Source: Candidatus Latescibacterota bacterium
Lineage (GTDB): Bacteria; Latescibacterota; UBA2968
NCBI GenBank assembly: GCA_965204375.1
Contig: OZ241986.1
Span: 1,312,001-1,376,000, forward strand
Direction: 5' to 3'
DNA length: 64,000 nt
The stretch's first letter is position 1; each line of letters opens with the position of its first letter. The notes beneath the pieces were generated by a model. It ran no database searches. It saw only the letters and a list, made by a program, of their open reading frames with translations, and was not told the origin of the DNA. Positions 58,497 through 64,000 of the stretch are shown piece by piece. The position numbers were made by a program, and so were the translations under genes.

Positions 58497-60113
58497 TCAT
58501 GAATCACTTCCTGCGGACCATGTATTGCCACCTGCCCGGACGGTTCCTTCTGCTTTTAGAAACTCCGCGCAGTGGATCCCGCCGCCCAGACTGTTGACAG
58601 ATGTGATTTCGTGGCCCATTTCGATTAATCCGTTCACGATATCATCGGGCAGGGCACGGGTCACACTTACCGGCTCGTGGGTTTGTACATGCATTCTCGG
58701 TCCGCTGACCGTCTCGAAGGCTGTTGCGTTGTAATCGACGATTTTTTGTGCCGCACGAGCGTTCACAGAGATGATGCGCCTGCCGCCTGGCATTCCGATT
58801 GCGACATCCCGGTCTGGAAGCTGAATGATGAGCGGAACGGTGTTGTTCAGCGGTCGCTTGAGCGAAGCCACGGAATTTTTGCGACCGGGGCTGGGATCTA
58901 ATCTGCACATTCCATGGCCCAGAATGATGCCTGTATCCGGCACCGTGACAAGGGAACCGAAACCACCGCCTTGAGAAATTGTTACGGCCGCTACATTTCC
59001 TTCGGCATCTGCGGAAGAAACGTGGAGCGTGCCATCATTTGAATCACCCATTGGGGGTGGCACAAGCTGATCTACTGCATTGGGAAACTGGCGCAGTGTT
59101 TCCACTCGGCCAGCTGCATAATCTTTGCTCAGCAGTCGCTCGATCGGTACATCCACATGGTTTGGATCTGCGAGATGGAGAAGGCGATCTCGCCAGACCA
59201 GCTTGAGAAGCTCGGCGAATTGGTGCCAGTACTCGACCGTGTCTTCCGGCAGGGGATCGAAGCACTCCCACATGTTGAGCAGTTGCAAGCTGGACAATCC
59301 GCCGTTGGGCAAAATTGCACCATGCACGGATGCCTCGCGGTAGGTCGTGGTATATGGTTCGGTCACGCGAGGTTTGAAGGCAGCCATATCTTCCATTGTC
59401 AAAATACCTCCAGTGGCCTGAATGTGATCCACTATTTTGTGGCCGATTTCCCCCGTGTAGAAATCCCGCCATCCAGCTTCTGAAACTCTTGCAAGGGTTT
59501 TTTCCATATCGCGGCGGTGCCAGATGTCATCTGCTGTCGGGATGCGTCCTTCGGGCATCAGGTGTTTTTCTGTTGCTTCAAATTTGCGGATCACGTTCTG
59601 GAGATTTTTGATCGCCCCTGCAGTAGAACCAAAGGGGAAGCCATCTTCGAGTAGCTTCAGCGATGGTGCTACCACATCGGACCATTTGAGTTTTCCCCAC
59701 TTTTCCCAAATGGTGCCCATGCCTGCCATCATGCCCGGGGGACCAATGGCGAGAGGTCCATGGACGTTGGCATTGTCCTTTACGCTGCAGTTGTATTCCT
59801 TTTCATTGATGCCTCCGCGGGTACGCGTTGGCAGGATGGTGTACATGTGTTCGTGAGCCGCTTTGGGCGAAATTGAATTGGCGTCTATTGACCAGACTTT
59901 GCCTGTGGCGCCTTCCAGAATCACGGCACACAGTACATAACCACCCACACCCGTAGATTGTGGCTGTAACATGCAGCATGCCATACTGGTCGCCACTGCT
60001 GCATCAAAGGCGTTGCCGCCCTGTTCGAGTATTCTCGCACCGACTCGTGCCGCCTCTGGAGGTCCGGCTGCCACTGCTCCTGTTGTGCTGGTAACTTCTT
60101 GTCCCTCAGTCAT
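58497..60113 (-). CDS. ggt: Gamma-glutamyltransferase family protein
   Basis: GGNAFDAAVA, TGVGG, FYTGEI, catalytic Thr in GTLHVS, GMPGG. Confidence 0.85.
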   Translation of the reverse strand: MTEGQEVTSTTGAVAAGPPEAARVGARILEQGGNAFDAAVATSMACCMLQPQSTGVGGYVLCAVILEGATGKVWSIDANSISPKAAHEHMYTILPTRTRGGINEKEYNCSVKDNANVHGPLAIGPPGMMAGMGTIWEKWGKLKWSDVVAPSLKLLEDGFPFGSTAGAIKNLQNVIRKFEATEKHLMPEGRIPTADDIWHRRDMEKTLARVSEAGWRDFYTGEIGHKIVDHIQATGGILTMEDMAAFKPRVTEPYTTTYREASVHGAILPNGGLSSLQLLNMWECFDPLPEDTVEYWHQFAELLKLVWRDRLLHLADPNHVDVPIERLLSKDYAAGRVETLRQFPNAVDQLVPPPMGDSNDGTLHVSSADAEGNVAAVTISQGGGFGSLVTVPDTGIILGHGMCRLDPSPGRKNSVASLKRPLNNTVPLIIQLPDRDVAIGMPGGRRIISVNARAAQKIVDYNATAFETVSGPRMHVQTHEPVSVTRALPDDIVNGLIEMGHEITSVNSLGGGIHCAEFLKAEGTVRAGGNTWSAGSDS

Positions 60114-60130
60114 ATTCAATTTTCCCTGTA

Positions 60131-60892
60131 TTATTTCGCTGCATATTGATTTGCGCCAACATTGCTTGGCGTCCGTTGATTGGCGCACATAAGGTGGCAT
60201 ACTAAGTCAGAAGGGTTTTCTAACTCTGCCAGTTGGCCGCGCATATCTTCTTGTGGGATGAACCAGGGGCGCATATACATGCCGAGGAGAACAGATCGAA
60301 TTTCATCGGTTTGGTTTGGGCGAGCTGTATGCCAGCAGGCACCGTGCATGACAATGGCGCTTCCGCGTTTGCCTGTGAGGATTTTACCGCCGTCAATCCA
60401 TTGGCTTTTTAGTTCGGGCGGTGGCGGTTCGCCTTTGAGGTGGCTTTGGGGCAGCATGGCGGTTGCGCCGTTTTCTTCGGTGAGATCGTTCAGGAGCCAG
60501 ATGGTTTGACCTGCGAGACGGCCGGGTGGCCAGGGCGGTTGCACAGACCAATAAGGGTAGTCTGAATGCCAGCCAAAACTGTCTGCGCCCGGATAAACTG
60601 TATTGCCAGACCAGGTGGAGCAGACCATGTCGTCACCGAGGTATTTGCGCCACAGGGTTACGATGGTCGGGTGGGACATGAGTTCGAGAAAGATGGGGTG
60701 CTTGACGGCGATGCGCCCTACGCGCTGCGTTTTGGCTGCAAGCGATTGCTCGGTGGCTTCGTCTTTGAGGAGTTGCTCAAGAATACCTCGTGCTTCATCG
60801 GCTTTTTTTTCTGGGATGACTGAGGGAATGATGTGGAAACCCACTTCATCAAGATCGGTCATGATTTTTTTATAGTCGAGATTTGTTGGCAT
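60131..60892 (-). CDS. Phytanoyl-CoA dioxygenase (PhyH) family
   Basis: WHSD, TEENGAT..PQSH, WH, R. Confidence 0.9.
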   Translation of the reverse strand: MPTNLDYKKIMTDLDEVGFHIIPSVIPEKKADEARGILEQLLKDEATEQSLAAKTQRVGRIAVKHPIFLELMSHPTIVTLWRKYLGDDMVCSTWSGNTVYPGADSFGWHSDYPYWSVQPPWPPGRLAGQTIWLLNDLTEENGATAMLPQSHLKGEPPPPELKSQWIDGGKILTGKRGSAIVMHGACWHTARPNQTDEIRSVLLGMYMRPWFIPQEDMRGQLAELENPSDLVCHLMCANQRTPSNVGANQYAAK

Positions 60893-60905
60893 TTTTGCTC
60901 CTGTT

Positions 60906-62072
60906 TTATTTCACTGCGTACTGCGTCAATTTTTCTTCGTCGATTTCAATGCCCAGTCCCGGGCGGTCGGGTAGTTCGAGATAGCTGCCGTTTCGGGTGA
61001 GGGCGTGTTTGAGGATCTGGTCGCTTTTTAGCTGGAAGCTCTGGTCGAAGTGTTCCATGATGACGAAGTTGAGAATGCCTGCCGAGAGCTGAAGTTGCGC
61101 GGCGGTAGAAAGGACATTGCCCGCGCCGACGGCTGGGGCGAGTGGAATGTCGAAGGTTTCGGCGAGGTGGGCGATGCGCTGGCTGCCCGTGATGCCTGTT
61201 CGCGCGAGGTCGGGCAGGAGAATGTCGGCGGCATGTGCTTCCAGAACAGCGCGGAATTGATAGGCGTTGTAATATTCCTGACCGATGCAGATGGGCAGGG
61301 TGAGGTCGCGCGGTACTTCGGCATGGCGGCGGAGGTCTTCACTTGGCACGGGCGATTCGAGCCAGAAGACGTCGAATTTTTCGAGCTCTTTGCCGAGGGC
61401 AATTGCACCGGGTACGTCGTAATGCCAGGTGAGATCGACGAGAATATCGACGTCGGGGCCAACGGCTTCGCGTGTGGCTTCTACGACGGCAACGGCATTT
61501 TTTAGAGGGCGGTTGAGGTGATATTTGACCGCGTCGTATCCCATTTCAACGGCTTTGAGGGCTTGCTCAACACCGATTTCGGGCGTGGGACCATGGATGT
61601 TGTTGTAGATACGCACTTTGTCGCGGTAGGGTCCACCGAGGAGGACGTAGCAGGGTACGTCGAGGGCTTTGCCCGATAGATCCCAGAGGGCGTTGTTGAT
61701 GCCCGCAAGGGCAGCCGCGAGATAACCCGCGCGGTAGCCTCGACCGCGCATGGTGCCGTAGGTCATGTCGTAGAGCTTTTCGCGGGCGAGTGGATTTTCG
61801 CCGATGAGAATGGGGGCAAACAGGCGATCTACCACTGCTTTGGTGGCTTCGGGCACGAGCAAGGATTGGCCTTCACCCCATCCGACAAGGCCATTGTCGG
61901 CGGTGATTTTGACAAAGAGCGCTTCGGCATAACGCGCAGCGGCCATGTCGTCGATGGGAGGCACTGTGTCGTAGGAGAGCGATTTGCGAGGACGCGCATA
62001 ATCGGGAATGTTTTCAGCGATATTGGGACGGGGTAATTTGACGACGTAGGCGTCGATTTGTTCTATTCGCAT
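60906..62072 (-). CDS. Mandelate racemase/muconate lactonizing enzyme family
   Basis: GWGE, ALWDLSGK, WLESP, PGLGIEID. Confidence 0.85.
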   Translation of the reverse strand: MRIEQIDAYVVKLPRPNIAENIPDYARPRKSLSYDTVPPIDDMAAARYAEALFVKITADNGLVGWGEGQSLLVPEATKAVVDRLFAPILIGENPLAREKLYDMTYGTMRGRGYRAGYLAAALAGINNALWDLSGKALDVPCYVLLGGPYRDKVRIYNNIHGPTPEIGVEQALKAVEMGYDAVKYHLNRPLKNAVAVVEATREAVGPDVDILVDLTWHYDVPGAIALGKELEKFDVFWLESPVPSEDLRRHAEVPRDLTLPICIGQEYYNAYQFRAVLEAHAADILLPDLARTGITGSQRIAHLAETFDIPLAPAVGAGNVLSTAAQLQLSAGILNFVIMEHFDQSFQLKSDQILKHALTRNGSYLELPDRPGLGIEIDEEKLTQYAVK

Positions 62073-62099
62073 TTGTGATTCCTTTCTTCCATTTGTCAA

Positions 62100-63530
62100 T
62101 TATGCGACGCCCCAGCCAGGATACTTATCCGGATCAGCGAATTCCTGTCCCAATTCCAAGAAGCCGCGGGGACCACGCCTACCGTATTCAAATGGGTCTT
62201 TTGTACCTTCCATCCAACGATGCAATCTCTCTTCCATTTCTTGAAGTGCTGGCCGCGCTTCAGCAGAATTCGCCAAGTTAACCATCTCGAGCGGATCTTC
62301 CTGCCGGTCAAACAGCCAGGGGCCTCGCTCATTCGCAAACCAACGCGCATACGTATAGCGTTCGGTGCGCACACCGCGCCAGCGCCCAACCCAACCGTCG
62401 CGATTGGGCCAACCGTGTGCCATATTCTGTAAATAGACAGACTCCGATCCGCCAGGAGTTAACTCCGTATCCGCAGGTGCTTCGCCGCCCCGCCACACGC
62501 TCGAAATATCTCGCCCTTGCAGACCTTCTGGTAGCGGCACGCCACAAGCACCAAGCAATGTGGGTACAATATCAATCGCACCAAAGAAAGCATCCGTTCG
62601 TGTACCAGCTTCAATAGCATCAGGCCAGCGCACCACAAACGGCACATGGCAAGATTCTTCATAAGGTGTTGCTTTTGAAGCCCGCATTGACTCGTCCAAC
62701 CAGCGACTGCTGGGTTTGCCATACCCATGGCTTGAGAGGTGATCTCCATGATCTGACGTATAACAGACAATAGTATTGTCCTTGACCCCCAGGCGATCCA
62801 GAGCTTCCAACAATCGCCCCATCTCTGCATCAAGTCCTGTACAACACCCGTAATAGTCTGCGAGTTCCTCATGTGCCCAGGCTTTCATCTCGTCTGGTAC
62901 ATTGCCCGGCACATCCATGTCCGCAGGATCGTAAATATTATATTCGTCGGGATACTGCTTATATGGCCAGTGAGGAGGTCGCCAGGACACAAAGACGGCA
63001 AATGGATCGTCTGTTCGAGCATTCAGGTGTTTTTCAATAAATTGAATAGCCAAATCCGTTTCGTTCGTTGGTGCCCAGCCTCCGTAAAAATTCGGGCCTT
63101 CATCGTTTTCGTAATAGGTTCTATCGAAGTAGGCACCCCGCCCTCTCCCGCCTGCCAGTGCCGCGAGATAATCCAGCCCGTACCGATTGTCGTCGCCGTA
63201 CGGCCCTTTACCCAGATGCCAGGTCCCCACGTGCGCAGTGCCATACCCATGCTCGCGCAAAGTGCCAGGTAAGGTCGGGATATCTCGTCGCGGACTGTAC
63301 TCATTATCAATTACCAAATTTTGCCAACCATACCGACCGGTTAACAAAATCGCTCGATATGGCGAACACAGCGGGTGGTTGGAAAACATATTGTCACACA
63401 CCATTCCTTCAGTTGCCATCGCATCTAAAACAGGCGTTTGGATTATGTCATTGCCATTCGCACCCAGTGCGCTATAACGCTGCTGATCAGAAAATACGAA
63501 CAGAATATTTGGGCGTTTCTCATTACTCAT
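62100..63530 (-). CDS. Sulfatase (S1, Cys-type), no signal peptide
   Basis: RPNILFVFSDQ, CSPYRAILLTG, SDHG. Confidence 0.9.
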   Translation of the reverse strand: MSNEKRPNILFVFSDQQRYSALGANGNDIIQTPVLDAMATEGMVCDNMFSNHPLCSPYRAILLTGRYGWQNLVIDNEYSPRRDIPTLPGTLREHGYGTAHVGTWHLGKGPYGDDNRYGLDYLAALAGGRGRGAYFDRTYYENDEGPNFYGGWAPTNETDLAIQFIEKHLNARTDDPFAVFVSWRPPHWPYKQYPDEYNIYDPADMDVPGNVPDEMKAWAHEELADYYGCCTGLDAEMGRLLEALDRLGVKDNTIVCYTSDHGDHLSSHGYGKPSSRWLDESMRASKATPYEESCHVPFVVRWPDAIEAGTRTDAFFGAIDIVPTLLGACGVPLPEGLQGRDISSVWRGGEAPADTELTPGGSESVYLQNMAHGWPNRDGWVGRWRGVRTERYTYARWFANERGPWLFDRQEDPLEMVNLANSAEARPALQEMEERLHRWMEGTKDPFEYGRRGPRGFLELGQEFADPDKYPGWGVA

Positions 63531-63549
63531 GGGAATTCCTTTCATCTGG

Positions 63550-64000
63550 TTACAGAAGGGTTTTGAGCAGGTTGCTCAGTAAACGATCCGCTACTGGATC
63601 AGTGCCCAGGTTTTCGACAATGCGATGTGTGCACAGGACATATTTGCCATTGCCGTGGGTGATTTGTGTGAGGTCAGCGCCGTGAAAGGCTTCGGTGACG
63701 CCGATGTAGTTCTGTTTGTGTTTGAGGCCCGCATACCAGTCGTAGGTGATGTTGCCGCCGATCCAGTCTGTTTTTGGTTCTACAATGGACCATTGGGAGG
63801 AGATGTTTTGATATTCTTGCCCCATCAGGCAATTTGAGGGCAAGCCATCGTAGAAGGGGTGGTTTTTGACAACATGACTACAGGGCGTCCATAATCCCTT
63901 GCCGGAGTAGAGTGATAGTGGAAATGGGAAAAAGGTGTCTTTGTCGATGTGGCGATGCATGCGGCTTTTTCCCGGCTCCATTTTGAGAAGGTGCATGGCT
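63550..64000 (-). CDS. C-terminus of a probable GH2-family protein (5' part outside window)
   Basis: HPFYDGLP and DPVADRLLSNLL resemble GH2-associated C-terminal domains; catalytic domain not visible. Confidence 0.45.
   Translation of the reverse strand, partial: AMHLLKMEPGKSRMHRHIDKDTFFPFPLSLYSGKGLWTPCSHVVKNHPFYDGLPSNCLMGQEYQNISSQWSIVEPKTDWIGGNITYDWYAGLKHKQNYIGVTEAFHGADLTQITHGNGKYVLCTHRIVENLGTDPVADRLLSNLLKTLL

Noticed and set aside
1-64000. tRNA, rRNA, integrase or cas genes
   Set aside because: None recognised by eye; intergenic spaces are short

Overview
Bacterial genomic DNA. The PorV/CTD/TonB locus, GWxTD protein, dockerin-like EF-hands and DUF6785-type membrane protein suggest Latescibacterota or a related FCB lineage (inference only). 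Layout: (1) a GAF/HisKA_3 histidine kinase split by a 4717-bp IS1595-family (ISNwi1-type ends) cargo transposon at 2625-7341, with a perfect 24-bp TIR, an 8-bp TSD and a third internal TIR; (2) a NarL-type regulator, a TPR-GWxTD protein and a 21-repeat BNR propeller; (3) an OM barrel - TonB receptor - T9SS-CTD protein - PorV locus; (4) a ~29-kb co-oriented catabolic cluster; (5) a mosaic 50-58 kb region; (6) a minus-strand GH2/sulfatase/enolase/PhyH/GGT operon. Features the ORF track misses: two diverged, covarying copies of a ~340-nt structured RNA leader in the transposon (promoter, leader/terminator switch, multi-stem domain complementary to the downstream start region); a probable antisense sRNA in the transposase leader; a conserved Pro/Asn-rich micro-peptide module; a probable UGA-selenocysteine thioredoxin-fold protein (GCT-U-NNG, SECIS-like hairpin) split into two ORFs; and a promoter plus N-terminus cassette shared by two unrelated genes. 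All calls come from reading the sequence by eye; no searches or folding programs were run.
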